This document shows, in pieces, positions 48,232-58,802 of a stretch of 64,000 nt of DNA. Where the stretch lies: NCBI GenBank assembly GCA_963796725.1, contig CAWCMT010000001.1, positions 628,437 to 692,436 on the forward strand, in the 5' to 3' direction. The DNA is from an uncultured Actinomycetes bacterium. Lineage in GTDB: Bacteria > Actinomycetota > UBA4738 > HRBIN12. Every line of letters begins with the position of its first letter. Within the stretch, counting starts at the first letter, position 1. The notes beneath the pieces were generated by a model that saw only the letters and a list, made by a program, of their open reading frames with translations, had not been told where the DNA came from and made no database searches. A program made the translations under genes and the position numbers.

Positions 48232-48810
48232 TCCCGTCGCGGCCAAGACCTGGAGCCGAGTGCGGACCTCGTACCGCCTGGGCCCGACTCGGCGGAGCCG
48301 TCCGGTCCGGATGGCGCGTTGCAGGGCGCGGTTCGCGGTCTCGCGGGATGTCCCGGCCAACGCCGCGAGGTCGTCTTGTGTGAGGTCGAGCCCGATCCGG
48401 ACGCCGCCGGCCACGGGCCGGCCGAACCGCTCTGCCAGGTCGTCGAGCCGACGTTGCATACGGGTGGGAACGTCCGACCAGGCCAGGTCGGTGGCGAGGG
48501 CGGCCAGTCGCGCGAGATGGCCGATGGCCGACCCGGCGACCTCGGCATCGCCGGCGGGCCGCAGCGAGGAGGAGGTGAGGGCCCGCACCGACACGTAGGC
48601 CCCGGACCGCGGGTGCGCCACAGCATCGCCGGGCCCGATCACGTCGAGCCCGGCGACGCGCCCCTCGGCGTCCACGGCGTAGACCAGGAGCGCTCCCGAG
48701 ACCACGACGTAGCCCAGCGGGTGCGGGTCTCCCTGACGCACGATGTGACGCCCGGGCGGCACGGCGATGAGGGGGAGTGGTTGTCCGATGCGGGGCAGGC
48801 GCTCCGCCAT
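48226..48810 (-). CDS. Crp/Fnr family transcriptional regulator
   Basis: From ATG 48810 (MAERLPRIGQ...) inside ORF 48226..48987. cNMP-like beta-roll plus C-terminal HTH LAALAGTSRETANRALQRAIRTG. Confidence 0.8.
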   Translation of the reverse strand: MAERLPRIGQPLPLIAVPPGRHIVRQGDPHPLGYVVVSGALLVYAVDAEGRVAGLDVIGPGDAVAHPRSGAYVSVRALTSSSLRPAGDAEVAGSAIGHLARLAALATDLAWSDVPTRMQRRLDDLAERFGRPVAGGVRIGLDLTQDDLAALAGTSRETANRALQRAIRTGRLRRVGPRRYEVRTRLQVLAATGR

Positions 48811-48919
48811 GGCATCCACTCCGAAGGTCCGCAGGGGGACCCTAGCGGAGGGGGCCGACACGACAGCTCTCGGCCGGTAGGCTGGGCGCGTTCGCGAGAT
48901 CGTAAAGGGAGGAGGTCCG

Positions 48920-49348
48920 GTGGTATCGAAAGCGAAGCAACGCGAGGCCGCGCTGGCAGGCGTTTCCTTGTTCGAGGGGTTATCCAAGCGGCAGCTCCGT
49001 CAGATCGCCGAGGCCAGTGAGATCGTGAACTACATGGCCGGCCATTCGATCGTGCGGGAGGGCGAGGACGGCGACAGCTTCTACGTGGTCCTCGAGGGGC
49101 AGGCGAAGGTCTCGGTCAAGGGGCGCACGGTGAACCGGACGCTGCCCGGCGACCATTTCGGGGAGATCTCCTTGCTGGACGGAGGTCCTCGTACGGCAAC
49201 CGTCGCCTCCGAGACGCCGATGTCGATGCTCGTGCTCGATCGGGTCGAGTTCCAGAAGGTCCTCAAACAGGACCCCCAGGTCGCCATCTCGCTCATGGAG
49301 AGCCTCGCGCGGATGATCCGTCGCGTGGACCGGTCGCTCGACCGCTGA
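48920..49348 (+). CDS. stand-alone cyclic-nucleotide-binding domain protein
   Basis: Intact 142-aa ORF. GDSFYVVLEGQAKV and FGEISLLDGGPRTATVAS (phosphate-binding cassette). Confidence 0.85.
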   Translation: MVSKAKQREAALAGVSLFEGLSKRQLRQIAEASEIVNYMAGHSIVREGEDGDSFYVVLEGQAKVSVKGRTVNRTLPGDHFGEISLLDGGPRTATVASETPMSMLVLDRVEFQKVLKQDPQVAISLMESLARMIRRVDRSLDR

Positions 49349-49366
49349 TGCTCGTAGCCTGAGGCC

Positions 49367-49747
49367 ATGAAGGTCGAGTTCCACAACGAGGCCGATCCGG
49401 ATACCGTCGTGGCCGTGGCCTCATGGGACGGCGAGGCGGTCGCGATCGAGACCCAGGATGAGACGGTTGCAGCCCAGCTAGCCACCGCCTACCGGCACAC
49501 GCCGGTCGTGGCCGACGACGGCGCCTACCGTCGCAGGGGGACTTCAGGCGTCGCCGTGATCCAGCCCGGCGATCTGGAGTGGTTCCGCGCCGCCTCGCAG
49601 GTTCGGGCGCCCGGGTTGACCGGGCTGGTCGCCCGATTGGTCCCCGGCGTCACTGAGGGTGGGTTCGATCCCGCCGCGGGCTACCGCTCGTTCGAGGAAC
49701 AGGTCGAGCGCCTGGGCCCGCCCCCGGCGTCGCGATCCGGTCAGTGA
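49367..49747 (+). CDS. hypothetical protein
   Basis: Intact 126-aa ORF with coding-like composition. No family recognised. Confidence 0.4.
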   Translation: MKVEFHNEADPDTVVAVASWDGEAVAIETQDETVAAQLATAYRHTPVVADDGAYRRRGTSGVAVIQPGDLEWFRAASQVRAPGLTGLVARLVPGVTEGGFDPAAGYRSFEEQVERLGPPPASRSGQ

Positions 49748-49757
49748 GCTCCGTTCG

Positions 49758-52700
49758 TCACGGGTTCGCCGCCATCCAGTCCTTGCCGCTGTCGCAGAAC
49801 GCCCGGAAATCGCAGTAGCGACAGGCGGGGCCCGGCGTCGGAGCGAACGCCCCTCCCGCGATCGAGGCCAGGGCAGCCTCAACCCGATCGCGCACGGCGC
49901 CCGACGCGTCCAACCCCGTCGTCACCTCGTCCCCGCTCTTGAGGTAGACGTAGGTGAGCGTGAGGTCCTCGGGACGCTTACCCCAGATCTCGACGCAGGC
50001 CAGCCCGTAGAGGTCCAGTTGCAGCCCGGAGGAGGGGTCGCCCGTCCGCGGGCTTCGCGCCGGTCTTCCAGTCGACCACCTCCCAGGGACCGTCGGCCTC
50101 GCCGTAGATCGCGTCGATCCGGCCACCGACGGCGTGGTCGCCCACACGCAGCATGAACCCTCGCTCTGCGAACAACGGCGTTCGGTCCGCGAAGCGGCTC
50201 TGCAGGAACGCCTGTCGTAGGCGGTCCATCCGGCCGGGGTCGCCGGCGAGCTCCTCGTCGGTGAGATCGGGGAGGTCGTCGACCTCCAGCAGCTGTCCTT
50301 GGCCGCGCGCCCGGCGCTCGATCCAGCCGTGGATCTCCGTGCCGATACGGGCGGCGGGCCCGCTGAACCGTGGGAGCGGCCGGACGGCGGACCAGTAGAA
50401 GCGCTTGGGGCACTGCACGTAGGTCATCACGGAGCTGACGGAGAGGCTCTGGGGCACGACCTCGACGCCGGGACGCCCATCGGCGGCCTCCCGCTCGCGG
50501 AGGTGAGACGCGAGCTGCCGTCGCTCGCCCGCGAGGCGTTCGAAGGCCTCGCGATCGGGCGGGTCGAGGGCCTCGAGCAGGTCCGCCTGCACGCCGCCGT
50601 CCGCCACGGCCTCGACGGCCGCGTGCCGCCAACCCTCGGCGAAGAGGTCGTCCCGCTCGTCGGGTAGGGCCGGCCCCGGCCACGGCCGAACGGAAGAGAG
50701 CCGGTGTCCGAGCATGGGATTCTCGGAGGCCTCGAGGTCCTCGGCCAGGGTCACCTGGGCCTCGCCCGAGTTTCTCGCCCACTCCACCAGCTCGTAGAAG
50801 AAGCCGCTCGGGCCCTTCGCGTTGACGAGCTCGCCGTACCACTGCGACGCGCTGACGTGCAGCGACCGGCGGGCGCGGGTGAGGGCGACGTACATCGTCC
50901 GCCGCTCCTCGATCACCTCTTGCGCCTGAAGGTCGCGCTTGAAGTGGGATAGGACCCCGTCGAACGCCGGCAGGATGTCAGCGTCGCCACGAAGCTCGAA
51001 GTCGAGGGAGTAGCCACGCTCGGCCGGGTTCTGCTGGATCCGCTTGGACGGCATCAGGCCGTCGGCGATCCCTGGGACGAAGACGTGGTCGAACTCCAGC
51101 CCCTTGGCCTGATGGATGGTCATGACCTTCACGGCGTCGCGGTCGGAGGGCTGTACGGGCTCCCACTCCTCTTTGTCCAGGGCCTCGACCTCGTCGACGA
51201 ACTGGAGGAACGCCCGGAGGGTGAGCTCCCCCTCGACCGGCTCGAAGGCGTGCACCTGATCCAGGAACGCACCGAGGTTGCGGGCGCGCTGGCGTCCCTC
51301 CTCTTCGTTCACATCCGCGGCGAGCTCGTCGGCGATGCCGCTGCGCCGGATCACCTCGCCGAAGAACTCGGCCACGAGGCCGGCGTGCCTCCACCCGTAG
51401 TGCCGCGAGCTCGTCGCGGAACACCTCGAGGCGCGCGCGGCCCTCGTCGCTGATGCCCTCGATCTCGCTCTAGGTGTTCGAGCGCCTCGGCGAACAGGAA
51501 CGGGGATTCCTCGTCGTCCCCGCCGTCCTCTCGCCACGCGTAGTTCTTCGACTTCGCCCATCCGGCCACCGACGCGAGGTCCTTGAAGCCCACCCGGTAC
51601 CGAGGACCCATCAGGATCCTCGCCAGGGCCACCGAGGCCATCGGGTCGCTGGCCGCGCGCGCGTACGCGAGCACCTCCACCACCTCTGGGAGCTTCAGGA
51701 GCCCGGCGAGACCCACGATCTCGACGGGGATGCCCAGATCCGCGAACGCCTCGCGGAGGAGGAGGAAGAGCCGCGAGGTGCGGCAGAGCACGGCGATCTC
51801 CGACCACGCGGCGCCGCCGGCGTCGTGCAGCGCCTCGGTGCGTTCGGCGATGGAGATGGCCTCGGTGCGTTCGTCGACGTGGGTGGAGAGCGTGACCTCA
51901 CCCTCGCCGTTCTCGGGCCAGGGCACCAGACGCTTGTCCGGGGTCAGGGCGTTGGACGACCGGCAGCGGCGCGATGATCGTGTCGGCGGCATGCAGGATC
52001 CGTGCGCCGGAGCGGAAGTTGGTGAACAGGGGGAGGCGCGCTGCCTCGGCCCCGTCGATGCGCACGAACCGCCGGGGGAACTCCAGGAGGTTGTAGAGCG
52101 AGGCGCCGCGCCAGGCGTAGATGTTCTGGTCGGGGTCTCCGACGGCGGTGACCGGATGCCCGCCGCCGAACAGCGCCTCCATCAGCCGCGCCTGCGCGAC
52201 GTTCGTGTCCTGGTACTCATCGAGCAGCACGGCGGCGAAGCGGTCGCGGTACGTCCCTTCCCACCTGCGGGGTGCTCGGTCGCCACGCGCATCGCCTGCT
52301 CGATCTGGTCGCCGAAGTCGATCACGCCGAGGTCGCGCTTGAGTCGGCGGAAGACCTTCGACGGCCTCCGCGAGCTCGACACGCTCGAGCGCCGGCTCGG
52401 TAGGCGCGGTCCGAGCGGTGCGCCTTCAGCGCCTCGAGCCGCGCGACGTTGATGAACGCCACGATGTCGGTCGGGGTCCACCAGGTGGTTCTGCGCCTGC
52501 TCATCGAGCTTGAGGATCTTGTCGACGACGCTCGGTTGCCATTCGCGTCTTCACGTGATCGAACGTCATCTCGTCAAGGACGCGCCCGGCCAGATCTACG
52601 CGCTGGGCGGTGGCGAGCACGCGTTGACCCGGCTCGATGCCCGCGAGCATGCCGTAGCGATCGATGACCTGGGCCGCGAGGCCGTGGTAGTTCAGGATCT

Positions 52701-52983
52701 CCGGCTCCTCGCCCTCGTCCAGCGCGACGCCGGCCAGCGCACGCCGGATCCGCTGCCGCAGGTTCTCGGTGGCCTTCACGGTGAACGTGAGCGCGAGCAC
52801 GTTGCCCGGGAGCGCGCCGTGATGGTCGGCGGGGATGCGCCCGAGCGCCGCCAGCGCGAGGTAGACGACGCGCGCCGCCATCACCGAGGTCTTGCCCGAG
52901 CCGGCGCCGGCCACCAGCACGTAGGGCTCCATCGGCATCGAGATGGCCGCCCACTGCTCGGGGGTGGGCGGGGCGCCGCCCAT
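49758..52983 (-). pseudogene. adnB: UvrD-type helicase / RecB-type nuclease subunit (AdnB-like); at least 7 frame breaks
   Basis: ATG 52983 with Walker A LVAGAGSGKTSVMAARVV. Pieces LLDEYQDTNVAQARLMEALFGGGHPVTAVGDPDQNIYAWRGAS, TNFRSGARIL, MTIHQAKGLEFDHVFVPG, YVALTRARRSL and nuclease GRIDAIYGEADGPWEVVDWKTG ...LQLDLYGLA... CRYCDFRAFC lie in alternating frames (junctions about 52500, 52445, 52340, 52260, 51965, 51440, 50045). Confidence 0.8.
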
Positions 52984-52989
52984 CGCCGC

Positions 52990-55968
52990 TCACGATCTCC
53001 TCGGGCGATCGCCAGCTGCGTGCTCACGCCCGGGCTCCCGTTCGACCGCGGGCCACGGATCCACCGGGAAGACGGGCTGGCCCTCCGGGTACAGCGGGCA
53101 CAGGGTCTTGAAGTCGCAGAACCGGCAGTTCGCGTAGGGGTTCGGCGGGTAGACCTCCGTCTCGTTCAGGGCCTTCTTCACGCGGATCAGCTCGGCGAGG
53201 CGCTCGCGCATCGCGGCCTGGTACTCGGCCTCGTCGCGTTCGTTGATGGGCATCTTGCGGAAGTCGATGTCGGGGCTCTTCCAGTTCCCGCGCAGGAACG
53301 CGAGCTCCACGGTGCGGACGGGCTTGTACGTCGGCGAGCCCCTCGGACTCCTGCACGGCCAGGTAGTAGATGCCCAGCTGCAGGCTGTCCTTCGGCGGGC
53401 CGGCGTTGTCGCTCTTGCCGGTCTTGAAGTCGGTGATGCGTGGTGCCGTCCTTCACCGACGGCGCCGATGCGGTCGATGTAGCCGATCACGTTCACGCCC
53501 TCGAACTCGAACTCGAAGTACTGCTCGATCGCGAGGGCGGGCCGCTCGCCGTAGGTCTCGTACCAGTTGCGGAGCATGTGGCTCGCGCGCGAGCTCGCGG
53601 AACGCCTCGGAGACGGCGATGCTGAGGGAATTCCTGCGGCCGCCACCGTCGGTCGAGCTCCTCGACCATGGCTCGCGGCTCCTTCGAGATCTCGCCGCGC
53701 TCGACCTCTTCGATCAGCTTGTGCACGGTCTTGCCCACCCATGCGTGGTACCCACCCGGCCGTCCGAGCCCCAGCTCGTCCCCCAGCACGTGCATGAGCT
53801 GGCAGGCCTCGAGGTTGGACAGCCGCGAGTACGAGACCCGGATGGTCTCGTGGAGCGGTCGGCCCGTGTCGGTCCAGTCGTGCTGGAACCACCAGCGTCC
53901 CGGGTCCACGCCCAGGGCCACGAGCCCCTCGAGCGCGGCCAGGCGGCGCCAGGCCGGCACGTCGGGAGCCCGCCAACTGGCGCCGCCACACCGCGGTGGC
54001 CTCCCGCACGGAGACGGGCTCGTCGTAGGGACCCGAGGGAGCGGGATCCCAGGCCAGCCCGCGCTGGGTCACGAACCGCGACCGCACGGTGAGCTCGTCC
54101 CGGTCCGGGTGATCATCGGCGCACGTGAGCACGACTCGCCGGCGCGCCCGGGCGATGACCGACTCGAAGAGCCGGCGCTCGTCCTGCAGGCGCTCGCGGT
54201 TGCGCTCGGCGTTCGTCACCACGCGGTCCAGCACGGCCAGATCGAACATCGGCTCGGGCCGCTGGACGCTCGGGAAGTTCCCCTCCGTCACCCCGGTCAC
54301 GATCACCGCGTCGAACTCCCGTCCCACGGCCCCGTGCGCGGTCAGGACCCTGACGGCGTCGGGTCGCGTGCGCTCCCACGCCGAGCGTCCTGGGCCGTGC
54401 TCGCCGGCGTCGAGCGCCTCGAGGAACCCTTCCACGCTCTTGTCGGCCCCGTCCTCGGATTCGGCGACGGCGTAGGCGAACGTGACCAGCATGTCGAGCT
54501 CGCGCCGCTCGGCGGAGCCGGCGCCGCCCGCCTCCACGAGCCGTCGCGAGCACGGCAGCTCCTCCCACAGCACGCGGAAGGCGTCCTGGACGGACATACC
54601 CGCGAACAGCGAAGCCTTCGCGAGAGCCTCGCGCGCAGCGGCCACCTGCGCGGCCTCCTCCGGCGTCAGTCCCTCATCCACGTCCAGCGCGTTGGCGACC
54701 GAGCCCGTTCGCGTGCGCGCCGCGCGGAGCAGGCCGCGCGTGGCGGCGGGGGACAGGCCCACGACGTCGGACGTCAGGAGCGTCTCGGCCAGCTCCTCGC
54801 GACGGGGCACGTCTGCGACGAGCCAGCGGAGCGCAAGTACGTAGGGACGCGTGGCGGGCTCGGCCGTGAGCGAGAGCCCGCGCTCCGGCACCGACCGCGG
54901 GATGCGGGCGTCGTCCAGCGCGCGCAGCAGCCCGCCCAGATGGGCGCCCTGCCGGCGGACGACCACCGCCATCGCGTCCCAGGCCGTGCCGTCCTCCACC
55001 CGGAGGCGACGGAGCTCACGGGCGACCGACGCGTGTTCCTCGGACGCGTGCGGCGTCACCCACGCCACGACCTCGGGCGGCTCCGACGACCGGTGGCGCA
55101 CGCTGAGCTCCACGGTCGTGGTCCCCGGGAAGGTGTCACCGAACCGCTCGAGCGGAGCCCGCGACATCCCCTGGAACGAGAACAGGTGCGCCTCCGGATC
55201 CGCCGCCGCGACCAGATCGGGTGCGCGGACCGCCGTGAGGATGGCCTCGGCCGCGATCGTCGTGTCCTGCAGATCGTCGACCAGCACGTGGTCGAAGCGC
55301 GGCTCGCTGCTGGCCGCGACCGCTGCCGCGCGCTGCAACAGCGCTCCGAAGTCCACGAGGTTGAGGTCGTCCATCACCGTGCGGTAGCGCTCCCAGAAGG
55401 CCGCGAGCTCCACCCATCCGGTGAGGCCGCGGCGCTCGGCGGCCTCGGTCACCGACTCGGGCGTCCGCATCTCCTCCTGCGCGCGCACGAGGAACTGGCG
55501 CACCTCGTCTACGAAGCCACGGAGGTGGAGCAGTGCCCCGTAGGCGGGCCAGTCCGCGGGGTCCTCGCCCTCCAGAAGCTCCCGTACCCTGGCGAATTGC
55601 TCGGCGGCGCTCAGGACCTGTGGCGGCTCCGCGTACCCCAGGACCGCGTGGCCCTCCCGCAGGATCCGGTTCGCGAGGCCGTGGACGGTGACCACCTGGA
55701 GACCGGGGAGCGAGGCCGGGAGCCGGTCGAGCAGGGCGGTGCGGGCGACGTCGCGCGCGCCCACGGACCCGACCACCAGCGCCACGCGCTCGGGGTCGGC
55801 GCCGCCTTCGATCAGCCGAGCGAACCGCTCGCGCAGGACCGCGCTCTTGCCGGTGCCCGCGCCGCCGGTTACGAGCAGCGGGCCCGACGTGTGGTCCAGG
55901 ACGCGCTGTTGATCGACGTCGGGGGAGAACAGGGGGGCCACCACGTTCGGGATGCTACTGCGCGCCAC
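52990..55968 (-). pseudogene. adnA: UvrD-type helicase / RecB-type nuclease subunit (AdnA-like); at least 4 frame breaks in the nuclease domain
   Basis: GTG 55968. The first ~665 aa are intact (LLVTGGAGTGKSAVL, VLVDDLQDTT, LTAHGAVGREFDAVIV, ARARRRVVLT). The C-terminal PD-(D/E)xK region is split: PAWRRLAALEGL...VSYSRLSNLEACQL | SHMLRNWYETYGERPALAIEQYFEFEFEGVNVIGYIDRIG | ...TDFKTGKS...LQLGIYYLA... | YKPVRTVELAFLRG...CRFCDFKTLC, with junctions between about 53340 and 53970. Confidence 0.8.
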
Positions 55969-56001
55969 CGACAGCGGCCCGCCGGTCGCGCGTCGTCCGG
56001 C

Positions 56002-57150
56002 TCAGTGCAGGTCCGGCCGCGGCGGGGTCGGACCCGTCACCCCCGCCGGCTGAGGCTCGTGGCGGCCCTCCACCACCCGTCGGTACCAGCGTTCCACGTC
56101 GCCCGGGCCCAGCGCGCCCATCAGACGCCCGTCGTCCACCACCAGGGCGTCGCGCCCCGCGAGCCACTCGGTGGCGTCCGCCAGGTTCTCGCCGGAGCTC
56201 ACCACGACGGTCTGTCCCAGGGGCGTGATGGCATCGCGCGCCTGACGCAGCGGGTCGCGCGCACCGAGCCTCCGAGCCGACGACAGCGAGATCGTGCCCA
56301 AGACCGTGCCGTCGAGATCCTGGACCGGGAACGCGTCGTTCGGGTTGGCTCGCAGCACCTGATCGAGGGCCTGCGTGAGTGTCCAGGACGCGGGCACCAC
56401 GGGTGGCGCGGCGCGCATCGCCTCGGCGACCGTGCCGCGCGCGAGCTGATCCCTCAGGGCGACCCTTCGCTCCATCCCGGTGCCCGAGGCGATCAGGACG
56501 AACGCCAGGTAACCCAGGAACAGCCACCATCCGCTGCCGTTCGTGAAGGACCAGATGGCCGCGGCGCCCATGACGATCCCGACGCCGCGTCCCACCACGC
56601 CCGCCACCCGGAGGCCCGTCTGACGATCCTTCGTGATGCCCCAGACCGCGGCCACCAGCATCCGTCCTCCGTCCAGGGGGAACCCGGGGAGCGCGTTGAG
56701 GCCCGCGAACAGCACGCTCAGCCCGGCGAGCCAGCGGACCTGCTCCGCCGCCAAGCCGTTGATCGCGAGCGAGGCCACGTAGAAGATCCCCGCGAGCACG
56801 AGGGTGGTCGCCGGACCCACCATGGCCACCAGGAACTCGGCCATCGGACCCTTCGCATTCGCCCGAGTCTCCGTGGCTCCACCCCAGAAGACGAGCGTGA
56901 TACCCGCCACCGGTAGATCCAGCGAGCGTGCCATCACGGCGTGGGCCGCCTCGTGTACCAGCACCGATCCGAAGAAGAGCAGTGCGGTGACCACCGCCAG
57001 CAGGGTCGCCTCCCCCGAGGTGACGCCGAAGCTGCTCTGGGTGATCACCAAGTATTGGGAGTAGACGACCAGCACCGCGAAGAAGAGCCAGGATGAGCTC
57101 ACGTAGAGCGGGATGCCCCGGATCGTCACCACCTTCCAGCGCTGGTTCAT
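56002..57150 (-). CDS. site-2 protease family (M50) zinc metalloprotease with C-terminal CBS pair
   Basis: From ATG 57150 (MNQRWKVVTIRGIPLYV...) in ORF 56002..57255. HExxH LVHEAAHAVMA, NALPGFPLDGG, multiple TM helices. Confidence 0.85.
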   Translation of the reverse strand: MNQRWKVVTIRGIPLYVSSSWLFFAVLVVYSQYLVITQSSFGVTSGEATLLAVVTALLFFGSVLVHEAAHAVMARSLDLPVAGITLVFWGGATETRANAKGPMAEFLVAMVGPATTLVLAGIFYVASLAINGLAAEQVRWLAGLSVLFAGLNALPGFPLDGGRMLVAAVWGITKDRQTGLRVAGVVGRGVGIVMGAAAIWSFTNGSGWWLFLGYLAFVLIASGTGMERRVALRDQLARGTVAEAMRAAPPVVPASWTLTQALDQVLRANPNDAFPVQDLDGTVLGTISLSSARRLGARDPLRQARDAITPLGQTVVVSSGENLADATEWLAGRDALVVDDGRLMGALGPGDVERWYRRVVEGRHEPQPAGVTGPTPPRPDLH

Positions 57151-57193
57151 GGCACCGAGCGTACTGCGCCGCACGTCCAGAACGGTCTGAACG

Positions 57194-57763
57194 TTGCCGC
57201 CTCTCATGGCGTTCATGGTGGTGATGGGAGAGGCTGCGAGCGTGACGGGGACCACGGAACCGACGGAACGATCGGCGGTTGACGCGGACGTGCTGCCCTT
57301 CGAGGAGTTCTTCCAGGCCGAACAGCTCCGCCTGCAGCGCGCGATCTACCTGCTGACGGGCAACCGACAGGAGGCCGAGGAGGTCACGCAGGACGCCTTC
57401 CTCGCCCTGTGGGAGAGGTGGGACCGCGTCGGCGCCATGGACGATCCCACCGGCTATCTCTACCGCACCGCGATGAACCGCCACCGTTCCAAGGTGCGCC
57501 GCGTGACGCGGGCCGCGAAACGCATCGTGGGCGCGGCCGAGTCCGGTGACGCCTTCGCCGCCGCCGATGAGCGCGACGCCGTAGCCCGGGCCCTCGCCGC
57601 GCTGACACCCAGACAGCGAGCCGCTGTGATCCTCACCGAGATGCTCGGCTATGGGGCCGAGGACGCGGCCGTGATCCTCGGGGTGCAGCCCCCGACCGTC
57701 CGATCGTTGGCGTCACAGGGCCGCGCCGCCATGAGAGAGGTGCTCAACGATGCCCGACCCTGA
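57194..57763 (+). CDS. ECF-type sigma-70 family factor
   Basis: Intact ORF. Region 2 EEVTQDAFLALWERWDRV...TGYLYRTAMNRHR and region 4 VILTEMLGYGAEDAAVILGVQPPTVRSLASQGRAAM. The real start may be GTG 57242 (GGGAGAGG 8 nt upstream). Confidence 0.85.
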   Translation: MPPLMAFMVVMGEAASVTGTTEPTERSAVDADVLPFEEFFQAEQLRLQRAIYLLTGNRQEAEEVTQDAFLALWERWDRVGAMDDPTGYLYRTAMNRHRSKVRRVTRAAKRIVGAAESGDAFAAADERDAVARALAALTPRQRAAVILTEMLGYGAEDAAVILGVQPPTVRSLASQGRAAMREVLNDARP

Positions 57764-58777
57764 CCTCATGCCACGGCTCGCCCGTCTCGCCGAACGGATC
57801 CATCCCTCCCCGCACGCCTTCGACCGGTTGACGCAGGCGCGCGCCCATCGGGTCCGGACGCGCCGCGTCGGGACCATCGGGCTGGCCCTGGTGATCGCGG
57901 TTGCCGGCAGTTGGGGAGCGCTGGCGGCCCTCGGCGGCGGAGGTGGCGCGGGGCCTGTCGGCCAACCATCTCCCACACCATCAAGCCCATGCGACGCGCC
58001 GTCCTCAGTCCAGCTCCGGCTGTCCGTGTCGGGTTTGGAGTGGGACACGACCTGTTGGAACGCTCCCGCCGATGTGTCACTCATCATGCACGTAACGAAC
58101 AAAGACGCCGGCGTCCCGATGAACGTGGCCGTCGTGCCGGCCGAGGCGTGCCCAGGCCTCCTAACGGCTCCACCCTGCCCATTGGATGCTTACACCTCCG
58201 TGAGCTCGGTCGGACCTGGCACCACGACGATCGAGATCCCGGGGCTGTCAGCCGGCGCCTTCGTCGTGATCGACAAGATCCATCCCGACACGGGGCACGG
58301 GATGCTCTACGTCGGGGACGGTCCTTTCTCGAGCCCCAGCGTCGTGCCGATCCCGACGGTGACGCCCACATCCGGCCCGACTGCGAACCAGGGGACATCC
58401 ACTCCGTCGGCCTCGGCGCTGCCGCCAACATGCCCGGGCGCCCCCATGGACACGGTCACGATCGTGGCCAAGAACCTCGCTTGGGATCTGGATTGCTGGG
58501 CCGCTCCATCGGGTCGAGCGTTGACGGTCCACTTCGACAACCGCCAACCCAACGTGCCGGCGGGCGTGCGGATCGTCGCAGCGGAGTCCTGCGCCGCCGC
58601 CGACGTGCTCGGATCGCCGGGGATGCCTGCGTCAAGATGCAGCCCTCCTTCGTGGGGGATCCGATCATCGGTCCGGGCACCGCCACGTTCGATCTGGGGC
58701 CTTTGTCCGCAGGCACGTACGTGATGTTCGATCCGGTGCATCCGACGACATCGAGGGCCGTCCTCACGGTCGGGTGA
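57750..58777 (+). pseudogene. single-pass membrane protein with two tandem cupredoxin-like modules (candidate anti-sigma); one frame break as assembled
   Basis: The ATG overlaps the sigma 3' end by 14 nt. Short cytoplasmic N-terminus, TM VGTIGLALVIAVAGSWGALAAL, module 1 ...FVVIDKIHPDTGHGMLYVG, Pro/Thr/Ser linker, module 2 ...AADVLGSPG | DACVKMQPSFVGDPIIGPGTATFDLGPLSAGTYVMFDPVHPTTSRAVLTVG (junction about 58620). Confidence 0.6.
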
Positions 58778-58802
58778 CTTCCTCAGCCTCGATACTGACT
58801 CG

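Noticed and set aside
53668-56916. Very long ORFs on the opposite strand or out of frame relative to recognised genes. Examples: 53668..56916 (+, 1082 aa), 2304..3665, 4938..6107, 16963..18198, 27280..28725, 30360..31928, 41991..43244, 47187..48626, 55955..57484, 61203..62888.
   Set aside because: They are Arg/Pro/Gly/Ala-rich with no family motifs. They lie antisense to or overlap clearly homologous genes. Such ORFs are expected in about 70% GC DNA, where stop codons are rare in non-coding frames.
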